64,000 nt of DNA. Origin: Alphaproteobacteria bacterium (GTDB taxonomy: Bacteria > Pseudomonadota > Alphaproteobacteria > Micavibrionales > Micavibrionaceae). Every line of letters starts with the position of its first letter. Position 1 is the first letter of the stretch. The notes below the pieces were generated by a model that was not told the DNA's origin, did no database searches, and saw only the letters and a list, made by a program, of their open reading frames with translations. Below are positions 1 through 8,067 of the stretch, one piece after another. The position numbers and the translations under genes are program-made. Location: NCBI GenBank assembly GCA_020442425.1, contig JAGRKB010000006.1, forward strand, positions 4,020 through 68,019, written 5' to 3'.

Positions 1-526
1 ACACAGAACCTAAATTGGTTTCTCCGCGATGACGGGCAAGATACCCGAAAAGAGCCATCAAAACAGCAAAGCTGGAATACTCAAAAACAAAGTAAAGAGG
101 GAACGCAACAATAACAGAGATCAAAAGCGTATAATAAACAAACTCTGCCCCACGGAATGTAAATCGCGCCATCCGGTCAATTCCAAGACGAAGCAAGATA
201 ACAGTCCCGAGAATATTAATTGGCAACAAAAAAGTTCCCATGACAAAATTGGACAAAACCAGAAACAGACACCCCGCCATCAAAGGCTTGGTAATCTCGC
301 GCGTATTGGCAAACCCGATCAGAAACATCCAACACGGAAAACTCATTCGCCCGATCAAGCGCAGAACAGCAATATCAGGATAAAAATAATACCCGACATG
401 ATCCACGATCATCGTAAGAACAGCAAAAAACTTCAAAAAATCATAGCTGGTAATATACGGAGAATGACGCATCACCGATCCCCCGGCCCTTGAAGAAAGA
501 GAATCTGGAAGGGTCGAATCGGTCAT
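1..526 (-). CDS. TraX-family membrane acyltransferase-like protein (partial; C-terminus beyond window start)
   Basis: Absent from the ORF track because no stop lies inside the window. Hand translation of the minus strand from ATG 526-524 gives MTDSTLPDSLSSRAGGSVMRHSPYITSYDFLKFFAVLTMIVDHVGYYFYPD..., followed by several hydrophobic spans. The YDxLKxxAxxxMxxDH[VI]G N-terminus is typical of the TraX family. An alternative start is ATG 472-470. The listed + ORF 29..493 is its antisense shadow. Confidence 0.55.
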   Translation of the reverse strand, partial: MTDSTLPDSLSSRAGGSVMRHSPYITSYDFLKFFAVLTMIVDHVGYYFYPDIAVLRLIGRMSFPCWMFLIGFANTREITKPLMAGCLFLVLSNFVMGTFLLPINILGTVILLRLGIDRMARFTFRGAEFVYYTLLISVIVAFPLYFVFEYSSFAVLMALFGYLARHRGETNLGSV

Positions 527-751
527 ATTTTCTCCAGCCTCTAATCAGAGGGATAAAATCTTGAATGAAAAAACAGCGAATCATACCATAAGAATCCGTT
601 ACCGTCATTCCGACAGTTTTTAGTGACTCAATTTTTATCATTGCAAAAAACATACAAAGAAAAAACATAATCCATCCCCACCCGCAACCCCGTGCTTGAC
701 ACAAGGTCTTTTCCCACCGCTTCTATCAGCCCTTCGTTCCTTCGCGTACCC

Positions 752-1170
752 CTCGCTCGTCATTGCGAGAAGCTCCAGCCACAACGCAATCCAATAATAT
801 CCTAGATCGCCACGTGACTGTCCCTCACACAACCTATTCCCCTGTCATCCCCGCGCAGGCGGGGATCCGGTCTTATTAATTTTCTTTAATGAACAAAAAA
901 CATCACACAGAGGCCACAGAGAAAGCGCAGAGGTCTCAGAGGCACTAAAATCTCTGTTGTACTCTGTGACTTCTCTGTGATCTCTGCGTGAGGGGGGAAG
1001 GTCAGGATGAGGGTGAATAATGAATTTTCGTCAGGAAATTCTAAGAATATGAACCGATTGAATCACTCCACATCCCCGAACCTCCAAACCCTTCGTGTTC
1101 TTAGTGACTTAGTGGTAAAAACCTGAATACCCTTGCGCCCTTTGCGAACCCTTCGCGCCTTCGCGTGAAC
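752..1170. repeat. Intergenic cluster A of short palindromic repeat modules
   Basis: Contains a tcgtcattgcgag...gcaatcc module (~756-792) and a gtcatccccgcgcaggcggggatccgg hairpin (~844-870). Also holds an imperfect inverted tract of cacagag/ctctgtg heptads (~898-990) and the 169-bp repeat 1002-1170. The same modules recur at 4.1, 4.9-5.2, 5.6, 6.1-6.6, 8.1-8.4, 29.5, 41.4 and 63.2 kb. Confidence 0.85.
1002..1170. repeat. 169-bp dispersed repeat, copy 1 (copy 2 at 6287..6455)
   Basis: By-eye alignment shows the same length and about 4 mismatches (tcaggatgagggtgaataatgaattttcgtcag...cgccttcgcgtgaac). Confidence 0.9.
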
Positions 1171-1207
1171 TTAAAGACACATGAACGACAAGCGCCTCGT
1201 ACCCCCC

Positions 1208-3367
1208 CTAAAGGAAATTCTGCGGATCAATATCCACCTGCACACGGATATTGGACGGCACTTTAATCCCGCCGATCCACTGCGCAATCATTTTTTGAAT
1301 ATCCAGATTTTTATCGGCCTGCACCAGAATGCGCTGCCTGTACTTCCCGCGAATACGGTACATTTGAGCCTGCGCAGGCCCCAACACCCGCACACCGTCT
1401 GCACGCGGCGCACTTCGCCCGATAGCCAATGCCAAATCGCGCGTCACATCTTCTTTAGGCCCTGAAATAATAATCGCAGCCAACCGCGAGAACGGCGGCA
1501 TATGCGCCCGCACCCGCTCATTGGCCTCAGCTTCTAAGAATCCGTCACGATCATCTTCTGCCAACATTTGCATCACGCGCTGTTCGGCATTATAAGTCTG
1601 AAGAAACACTTCCCCCGGCAACTCTTCACGCCCTGCACGTCCTGCAACCTGATGAAGAAGCTGGAAACTGCGCTCCGTTGCGCGCAAATCCCCGCCCGAC
1701 AGTCCTAAATCCGCGTCAATAATCCCGACACAGGTCATCAACGGAAAATGGTGCCCCTTGGCGATCACTTGCGTTCCGATCACAATATCGACCCGACCTT
1801 CACGAATATCCGCCAAAGCATTTGATAACTTATCATGCGTATCAAGAACATCACTTGCCATGATAAGCGCGCGCGCCTCGGGGAAATATTCTTTGACCTC
1901 GTCGGCAATCCGCTCAACCCCGGGCCCACACGCCACCATCGACTCCTGATCTCCGCAAGACGGACAGCTTTCGGGCTGCTTCATCGAATATCCGCAATGG
2001 TGACAATGCAGATGATGTGTGCGCCGATGCTCCACCAACCACGCCGTACATTTCGGACATTCAATCCTGTGACCGCACGTCCGACATAACGTCAGCGGCG
2101 CAAATCCGCGCCGATTAAGGAACAACAACACTTGCTGCTTCTTAGCTAAGGTTTCCTCAATCTTGTCTTTGAGGACAGGCGAAATAAAATGCTGCCGCTC
2201 GGGCTTGTCTTTGCGCAAATCCAGAACATGAATCTCAGGCTTTTGCGCGCCCCCGAACCGATCAGGCAAAACCAGATGCGTGTACCGCCCGTCATGAACA
2301 TTTTGAATACTTTCCAGTGACGGCGTCGCCGATGCCAACACCACAGGAATTTTTGAAAGACTTCCTCGCACCACCGCCATATCCCGCGCATGGTAAATCA
2401 GAATTTCTTCCTGTTTATAAGCCCCGTCATGTTCTTCATCGACAACCAACAACCCCAAATCCGCATAAGGGAGAAACAACGCCGAGCGCGCGCCCACAAC
2501 AACCTTTGTCTGCCCCAGCGCCACCGCGCGCCAAGTCGCCCGACGCTGCGCAGGAGTCATCGACGAATGCCACAGCGCAGGCGTACAGCCAAAGCGTTTT
2601 TGAAACCGCGTAATAAAAGAATTCGAGAGCGCAATCTCGGGCATTAAAATCAAAGCCTGCTTGCCTTGATTGATAATCTCTGCAATCGCTTCAAAATAAA
2701 CTTCTGTTTTCCCTGCTCCCGTCACACCATCGAGCAAAAATGTCTGCGCTTTATTGGCACGCACTGCCCCAAGAATTTGATCCGCCGCCGCCTGCTGCCC
2801 TTTGGATAGCTGCGGTACATCAAAATTCGGATTGGGTTTTGCACAAGGCGCCTTGGCAAACAAATCAATCGCCTCCAAAACACGGTGCTTTACCAAAGTC
2901 TTGATAACGGAACTCGACACATCTGCAGCTTTGGAAATCTCGGACAGGCGGCGCGGCAATCCGTCTTGAGACACAGCCACCACGCGTTTTTGAGCTTCAT
3001 TGAGATCAATCTTGCCATCACCCAAAACATAACCCGTCATCGGCTGCGGAACATCCAAAGCCTGAGGCACAGACAACGCCATTTTAAGAACCGCCCCCTT
3101 GGGCGCAAGATTATACCGCGCGACCCAATCGATGAACTGGCGCATCACAGGCTCCATCGGCGGCACATCGTACTTTTCCAGAATATTTTTAACCCGCGCG
3201 GCCAAAACCTCCGATTGATCGGACACCGCCCAGACCACTCCATGCACGGCGCGTGGCCCCAAAGGCACCAAAACATAGTCACCAACCTCCACCGCCATCC
3301 CTTCAGGAATGGCGTAATCATAGGCCTTATCGACCGGAGACGTGACCAAAACCGAGCAAAACGGCAT
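1208..3367 (-). CDS. priA: Primosomal protein N' (replication restart helicase PriA)
   Basis: 719-aa ORF with Walker A LDGVTGAGKTEVY and DEEH box VVDEEHD. The Cys-rich zinc region is CRTCGHRIECPKCTAWLVEH...HCHHCGY...CPSCG. Confidence 0.95.
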   Translation of the reverse strand: MPFCSVLVTSPVDKAYDYAIPEGMAVEVGDYVLVPLGPRAVHGVVWAVSDQSEVLAARVKNILEKYDVPPMEPVMRQFIDWVARYNLAPKGAVLKMALSVPQALDVPQPMTGYVLGDGKIDLNEAQKRVVAVSQDGLPRRLSEISKAADVSSSVIKTLVKHRVLEAIDLFAKAPCAKPNPNFDVPQLSKGQQAAADQILGAVRANKAQTFLLDGVTGAGKTEVYFEAIAEIINQGKQALILMPEIALSNSFITRFQKRFGCTPALWHSSMTPAQRRATWRAVALGQTKVVVGARSALFLPYADLGLLVVDEEHDGAYKQEEILIYHARDMAVVRGSLSKIPVVLASATPSLESIQNVHDGRYTHLVLPDRFGGAQKPEIHVLDLRKDKPERQHFISPVLKDKIEETLAKKQQVLLFLNRRGFAPLTLCRTCGHRIECPKCTAWLVEHRRTHHLHCHHCGYSMKQPESCPSCGDQESMVACGPGVERIADEVKEYFPEARALIMASDVLDTHDKLSNALADIREGRVDIVIGTQVIAKGHHFPLMTCVGIIDADLGLSGGDLRATERSFQLLHQVAGRAGREELPGEVFLQTYNAEQRVMQMLAEDDRDGFLEAEANERVRAHMPPFSRLAAIIISGPKEDVTRDLALAIGRSAPRADGVRVLGPAQAQMYRIRGKYRQRILVQADKNLDIQKMIAQWIGGIKVPSNIRVQVDIDPQNFL

Positions 3368-3466
3368 GGAAAATCCTGACCTTGATTTTATGGGTTAACA
3401 TAGGCATAGTGCCCCTTCAACAGACCATACAAAAGAACACTTAAAAAGAAAACGAAAGAAAGCACT

Positions 3467-4123
3467 ATGAAATTCTTTGTCGATACCGCTGATATTAACG
3501 AAATTAAAGAACTGGCCTCAACAGGCTTGCTGGATGGAGTAACCACCAACCCGTCCCTGATTTTGAAATCAGGCAAAGATTTTATACCGCTCATCGAAGA
3601 AATTTGCGCCGTTGTTGACGGCCCTGTCAGCGCCGAAGTCGCCTCGACCGATTACGAAACCATGTGGAAAGAAGCCGACAAGCTGCGCCAAATCGCAGAC
3701 CATGTCGCGGTAAAAGTTCCACTCACCCCTGACGGGTTGAAAGTCTGTAAACGCCTCTCTGACGAAGGAACCATGGTCAACGTGACTTTGTGCTTCTCCG
3801 CAGCTCAGGCAATTTTGGCAGCCAAAGCAGGTGCCGCATTTATTTCTCCGTTTGTCGGACGCCTCGATGACGTAGGCGCAGACGGCCTGACACTGATCCA
3901 AGATATCGTCGGCATCTATGATAACTACCCGAACTTCCAAACCGAAGTCTTGGTGGCCTCCGTTCGCAACCCGATGCACATTGTTGAAAGTGCAAAAATC
4001 GGAGCCGATGTTGTGACCTGCCCTGCAAACGTGATTAAACAGCTTTATAATCACCCGCTGACCGATAAAGGCTTGGCGGCATTCGTAGAAGACTGGAAAA
4101 AAACCGGCCAATCTATTCTTTAA
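3467..4123 (+). CDS. tal: Transaldolase type 3B / fructose-6-phosphate aldolase family
   Basis: 218 aa. [16 protein letters not shown]...GVTTNPSLI and VAVKVPLT (Schiff-base Lys context) match the short transaldolase/Fsa family. Confidence 0.9.
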   Translation: MKFFVDTADINEIKELASTGLLDGVTTNPSLILKSGKDFIPLIEEICAVVDGPVSAEVASTDYETMWKEADKLRQIADHVAVKVPLTPDGLKVCKRLSDEGTMVNVTLCFSAAQAILAAKAGAAFISPFVGRLDDVGADGLTLIQDIVGIYDNYPNFQTEVLVASVRNPMHIVESAKIGADVVTCPANVIKQLYNHPLTDKGLAAFVEDWKKTGQSIL

Positions 4124-4130
4124 ATTTACT

Positions 4131-4248
4131 GTCACTCCGCGACACGGATGATCTCCTGTCATCCCCACTAACACAAACCACCTCCCCGTCATCCCCGCTT
4201 TAGGCGGGGATCCGGATCATGTCTTGTTCACTCAAAATTCGCCAAAGC
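4131..4248. repeat. Repeat cluster B, including left copy of a ~62-bp direct repeat (4186..4248)
   Basis: Contains gtcactccgcgacacggatgatc and gtcatcccc... modules. The stretch ccgtcatccccgctttaggcggggatccggatcatgtcttgttcactcaaaattcgccaaagc is repeated at 4931..4992. Confidence 0.85.
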
Positions 4249-4282
4249 GACAGAAGCATAAAACAAACTAAATTCTCTCCAT

Positions 4283-4819
4283 TCAGGGGGAGGATAGCCG
4301 AAATGGAGAGGCAGCTCTATCTCTTAACTGGGCGCCATGCTTTAGTGCCAGTCTCTCCCATTCTTTGGCAACTTGTTCTTGACGTTCATAAAGCTTTCTA
4401 CAATCACCACCCAATGTATCAGAAATTAGCTCATCATACAGCCCACTACAAGATTCCATAGCGCGCATAGCACCTAAAAAATCGCCTTTGACTTCACAGA
4501 GTTCGCTTATTTTTCTATATAACCCCGTATTCTCCACACGCTGCACAGCCTCCCAATAATTCTTCAATGCTTTGTCAACATCCCCATATTCAAGGGCGCG
4601 ATCACCTGTGGCGACATGCACTATCTGCCACTTTTTATTAGCAGATACCAAAGGGCTATCCCCCATATAAACCTCGGACGGAGAAAAACCAGGATCGGCT
4701 AGAGCTTCCTCCCACTGGGCAGGCGTTTCGAATGATTTAAGTCCATCGGAGCGAGGGGTTTCCATGTGTTGTTCATATAAACAACTAGATAAACATCGAT
4801 ATGTTTCACTCAAACTCAT
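4283..4819 (-). CDS. Hypothetical protein (helical, possibly TPR-like)
   Basis: ORF 4283..4879. I prefer the internal start MSLSETY at 4819. I recognise no family. The ORF is bracketed by the ~62-bp direct repeats. Confidence 0.45.
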   Translation of the reverse strand: MSLSETYRCLSSCLYEQHMETPRSDGLKSFETPAQWEEALADPGFSPSEVYMGDSPLVSANKKWQIVHVATGDRALEYGDVDKALKNYWEAVQRVENTGLYRKISELCEVKGDFLGAMRAMESCSGLYDELISDTLGGDCRKLYERQEQVAKEWERLALKHGAQLRDRAASPFRLSSP

Positions 4820-4930
4820 AATAGACAGCCTTTCTTGTGAATTTCTAAATATCCTATACAAAAAAAAATAATATGTCAAACAACTTCTCTTATCATCCTG
4901 ATCGAATCCAAAGCAAAACTCTTCTAAAAA

Positions 4931-5197
4931 CCGTCATCCCCGCTTTAGGCGGGGATCTGGATCATATCTCGTTCACTCAAAAGTCGCAAAGCCCCCGCAA
5001 AGACAGTAAAGCAATCCAGACATTCTAATGGATCGCCGCGCGCCTTTCCGTCGCTCGCGATGACAACAAAAGGAACCAAACCCTTCGCGCCTTCGCGCCT
5101 TCGCGTGAACGACACAACCATTCCTGTCATCCTGAGCGAAGCCGAAGGATCCCCCTTTTCTCTACCTCGTCATTCCCCGATTTATTCGGGGAATCCA
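4931..5197. repeat. Repeat cluster C (right copy of the 62-bp direct repeat at 4931..4992, plus the 103-bp repeat 5095..5197)
   Basis: Modules present are gtcatccccgctttaggcggggatc, cgcctttccgtcgctcgcgatgacaac, (ccttcgcg)n-tgaac, gtcatcctgagcgaagccgaaggatc and cattccccgatttattcggggaatcc. By eye, 5095..5197 is identical to 6440..6542. Confidence 0.9.
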
Positions 5198-5203
5198 TAA
5201 AAG

Positions 5204-5238
5204 TAAAAAAACGCCCTCCTCACGAAAGAGAAGGGCGT
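5204..5238 (-). terminator. Rho-independent terminator downstream of 5256..5543
   Basis: On the minus strand, an acgcccttctctttcgtgaggagggcgt hairpin is followed by a T-run (complement of aaaaaaa at 5204-5210). Confidence 0.7.
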
Positions 5239-5255
5239 TAAGAATTCAAATATCC

Positions 5256-5543
5256 TTAAATTTTTAAATCACAACCCGGTGTGTTTTCAACAACCCTTAG
5301 CTCTCCCGAAGAGCTTGGCTTAACCTTCTTTCCTGCGCAAGAATAGTACACACCACCATTCTGAATAACCAAGAGCTTCGCAGCATCATTAAATTGGGAA
5401 TATGCTTCTAAATTTCTATCATGCTCCAGTTCAGCTTTTACGAAAAGTGTTGAAAGTGCGGCAAGCATACCAATACTTACAATCGCAGCTCTCGTGCTTT
5501 CAGATAATTCACCAAATCTTTCACTAATTGTCTTCGTCGTCAT
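5256..5543 (-). CDS. Small membrane-anchored protein with C-terminal Cys pair (unknown family)
   Basis: 95 aa with an AAGGAG Shine-Dalgarno 7 nt upstream of the ATG. The N-terminal hydrophobic span is AAIVSIGMLAALSTLFV, and two Cys occur (YYSCAGKK...TPGCDLKI). Paralogous in layout to 5735..6061. Confidence 0.55.
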   Translation of the reverse strand: MTTKTISERFGELSESTRAAIVSIGMLAALSTLFVKAELEHDRNLEAYSQFNDAAKLLVIQNGGVYYSCAGKKVKPSSSGELRVVENTPGCDLKI

Positions 5544-5641
5544 AAAAATCTCCTTGTTTAAATTCTGCGCAAACCTACACCATTAAATATATTATGTCAA
5601 CAAATTTAAAAAACAGAAGCGCTGAGAAAAATGCCCCCCCT

Positions 5642-5674
5642 CCTGTCACCCTGAGCGAAGCCGAAGGATCTCCC
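5642..5674. repeat. Single repeat module (gtcaccctgagcgaagccgaaggatc variant)
   Basis: Variant of the module also seen at ~5126, 6471, 8341 and 29477. Confidence 0.8.
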
Positions 5675-5675
5675 T

Positions 5676-5709
5676 AAAAAACAAAACCCCGCCAATCGCG
5701 GGGTTTTTT
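5676..5709 (-). terminator. Bidirectional Rho-independent terminator downstream of 5735..6061
   Basis: A ccccgc-caatc-gcgggg hairpin is flanked by an A-run on one side and a T-run on the other. Confidence 0.7.
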
Positions 5710-5734
5710 GTAACAATTCTTGGTCGATCATTTT

Positions 5735-6061
5735 TTACCGAAATTGAATCTCGCATCCTTTGGTATCAAGGGTGCTTGCAAATTCGTGAACAGAGATAAC
5801 ACGCCGATCACGGACAACAGAAACCTCTTTTCCGTCACAAATCATTTGAGCATTCCCACTCGCGATTTGCTGCAACTGTGTAAAAGGGGAAGCATCACGA
5901 AAAGCACTTGCAAACAAATTGGCATTATTGTCTACCTCAGCCTGTCTCATAGTTGAACGTGCCGCAGCATCCTGAATAAGCGGCGCAGCCGCAATAGCCA
6001 AAGCCACTGAAAGAACAATTTCAGGAAGCGGCCCGATAGTATTTGAATTTTCTTTAGACAT
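5735..6061 (-). CDS. Small membrane-anchored protein with C-terminal Cys pair (unknown family)
   Basis: ORF 5735..6073. The start at 6061 (MSKENSN) has GAGGTG 4 nt upstream. The hydrophobic span is LPEIVLSVALAIAAAPLI, with Cys pair QMICDGKE...TKGCEIQF. Confidence 0.55.
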   Translation of the reverse strand: MSKENSNTIGPLPEIVLSVALAIAAAPLIQDAAARSTMRQAEVDNNANLFASAFRDASPFTQLQQIASGNAQMICDGKEVSVVRDRRVISVHEFASTLDTKGCEIQFR

Positions 6062-6157
6062 AACGCACCTCATTTGAAATCAATAACTATAATAAAATAA
6101 CATATATGTCAAATACATTAGAATCATGTCAAAGCATCCCCCTTTATCCTCACACCT

Positions 6158-6580
6158 TCGTCATTCCCCGATTTATTCGGGGAATCCATGTCTCTCTATT
6201 TGTTCACGCAAAGAACGCAAAGAAACCGCAAAGCACTCAAAGTTTTCTTGCCTCACTCTTTATTCATTCCCTCTTAAGGGGAAAAATCAGGATGAGGGTG
6301 AATAATGAATTTTCGTCAGAAAATTCTAAGAATATGAACCGATTGAATCACTCCACATCCCCGAACCTCCAAACCCTTCGTGTTCTTAGTGACTTAGTGG
6401 TAAAAACCTGAATACCCTTGCGTCCTTTGCGAAACCTTTGCGCCTTCGCGTGAACGACACAACCATTCCTGTCATCCTGAGCGAAGCCGAAGGATCCCCC
6501 TTTTCTCTACCTCGTCATTCCCCGATTTATTCGGGGAATCCACACTCCCTAGATCACCCGAACAAGTCGGGTGATGACGA
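6158..6580. repeat. Repeat cluster E (contains composite 6287..6542)
   Basis: Contains cattccccgatttattcggggaatcc (~6162-6187 and ~6516-6541) and a gcaaag-periodic tract (~6203-6240). Also holds 169-bp repeat copy 2 (6287..6455), 103-bp repeat copy 2 (6440..6542) and gatcacccgaacaagtcgggtgatg (~6552-6576). ORF 6106..6411 is a translation of these repeats. Confidence 0.9.
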
Positions 6581-6650
6581 ACCTACAAACATCTCCGTTC
6601 CTCCATGTTAAAAACCTTGACTTATTAGGAATAATATCCTATAAAAGGGT

Positions 6651-6992
6651 ATGACCAAAGACACCGAAACAAAACACCCGACCGCCCCGCAATCCATCCC
6701 GATCTCAAGCCTGCCTTGCCCGTTCCCTGAAATCGAACTCCCTTTGGAATTCACATCCCAAGATGTCCAGCGCGAAATGTTCGCCCAAATGAGCAAACTC
6801 AACTCGGTCTTTCATACGCTTATCAGCCAGATCGACCCAAATGAAGACATTGCCTCGTCTCCCGAAAAATTCCTGATTGCCCTCAGGTCTCAGGAACAAT
6901 ATCTGAAAACCGTGCATGTCCTACAAAACCTGCACATGGTGGCAACGGCCCCACTTCCTCGGGAGTATTTCAATGCCCCGCTGGACGAGTGA
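6651..6992 (+). CDS. Hypothetical acidic protein
   Basis: 113-aa ORF with no recognisable family. It overlaps the next ORF. Confidence 0.4.
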   Translation: MTKDTETKHPTAPQSIPISSLPCPFPEIELPLEFTSQDVQREMFAQMSKLNSVFHTLISQIDPNEDIASSPEKFLIALRSQEQYLKTVHVLQNLHMVATAPLPREYFNAPLDE

Positions 6993-7341
6993 ATCTCGCG
7001 CCCTTCATGCGGTGGCGATGAAACTCTGGCAACCGTGGAAAAAATCCACGGGGCCAAAGACTCCCGAAGGTAAAAGAATATCCTCACAAAACGCTGTCAA
7101 ACACGGCATGTACACGCGCGAATGGCAAAATTTGCGCCGCGCTCTTTATACCCAACGCCTCTATGTCCGCTGGGTCGAACGCAACGTGGCCCAAATATCA
7201 AAGACCATTCGCCTAAAACAGCGCGCGCATAAAATCGAACTATACAAACGAGACTGCCAAAACCGACAGCAAAAAAGGACAAAACCCTCTGCCCTTGGTC
7301 ATAAATCATGCTACACTGATCCTTTAACAAGACCTGATTGA
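6973..7341 (+). CDS. Hypothetical very basic protein
   Basis: ORF 6916..7341. The start at 6973 (MPRWTSE) has GGGAG 7 nt upstream and overlaps the upstream stop by 20 nt. Lys/Arg-rich (KTPEGKRISSQNAVKHG...). Confidence 0.4.
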   Translation: MPRWTSESRALHAVAMKLWQPWKKSTGPKTPEGKRISSQNAVKHGMYTREWQNLRRALYTQRLYVRWVERNVAQISKTIRLKQRAHKIELYKRDCQNRQQKRTKPSALGHKSCYTDPLTRPD

Positions 7342-7360
7342 AAAGATTCGCGCATTTCTT

Positions 7361-8065
7361 ATGACTGAAACACCAAAACCCGCCCAAACAGACCTCACAG
7401 CCTCCGATATCATCGATTGGCTGAAATCCCATCCGGATTTTTTCCAAAAACATCCCGAAATGGTCGAGCTGCTAAACCCGCCCAAACAAAAGAGCGGCAA
7501 AAACGTGGCGGATTTCCAGTCCTATTTGATCGAACGCCTGAAGGAAGACAAAACCGAAGCGGTAAAAACCGCGCGCGAGATTGTCGAAACCGCACGCCAC
7601 AACATGAACAACCAGACCCGTATCCATACGGCAGTTTTGCGCCTATTAGAAGCTCCGAACTTTGAACATTTTATCGAAAGCCTCACATCAGATTTAACCG
7701 CGCTTCTAGACGTGGACATCACAACCCTTGTTGTCGAAAGTGACGGAGACAAAATCCCGCAAATCGCAACCAACGGCATCCGCATAGTGCCCGAAGGCAC
7801 ATTAGGCAACTGGATGGACAAAAAATCGATTATGCACCAATCCGACATTGGTGGCGTTGAGGCCATATACGGCGCGGGCGCATCCCTCGTGCGTTCCCAA
7901 GTTTTAATCCGTATCAATATCGGGCATCATGCCCCACCTGCCATTTTGGCATTCGGCTCTCGCGACCCGCAACAATTTCAAGAAGGACAAGGCACCGAGC
8001 AAATCTCTTTCCTCGCCCAAGTCATCGAAAGACTGTTCAAATCATGGCTCAGCGAAATAGAATAA
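7361..8065 (+). CDS. DUF484 (YigA-like) family protein
   Basis: The N-terminus SDIIDWLKSHPDFFQKHPEMVELL and the position immediately upstream of xerC match the conserved DUF484-xerC pairing. Confidence 0.8.
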   Translation: MTETPKPAQTDLTASDIIDWLKSHPDFFQKHPEMVELLNPPKQKSGKNVADFQSYLIERLKEDKTEAVKTAREIVETARHNMNNQTRIHTAVLRLLEAPNFEHFIESLTSDLTALLDVDITTLVVESDGDKIPQIATNGIRIVPEGTLGNWMDKKSIMHQSDIGGVEAIYGAGASLVRSQVLIRINIGHHAPPAILAFGSRDPQQFQEGQGTEQISFLAQVIERLFKSWLSEIE

Positions 8066-8067
8066 CC

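Noticed and set aside
29-493. A 154-aa + strand ORF at the window start.
   Set aside because: Its composition is highly biased (K/N/Q/R/H). The opposite strand encodes a convincing TraX-like membrane protein in an open frame that runs off the window.
6106-6411. ORFs lying inside repeat clusters (6106..6411, 8044..8442, 8073..8282, 8287..8520, 638..832, 4945..5130, 63189..63422).
   Set aside because: They are translations of dispersed repeat modules; the same peptide is encoded by the 1002..1170 copy. They lack SD sequences and cross module boundaries, so I do not treat them as genes.
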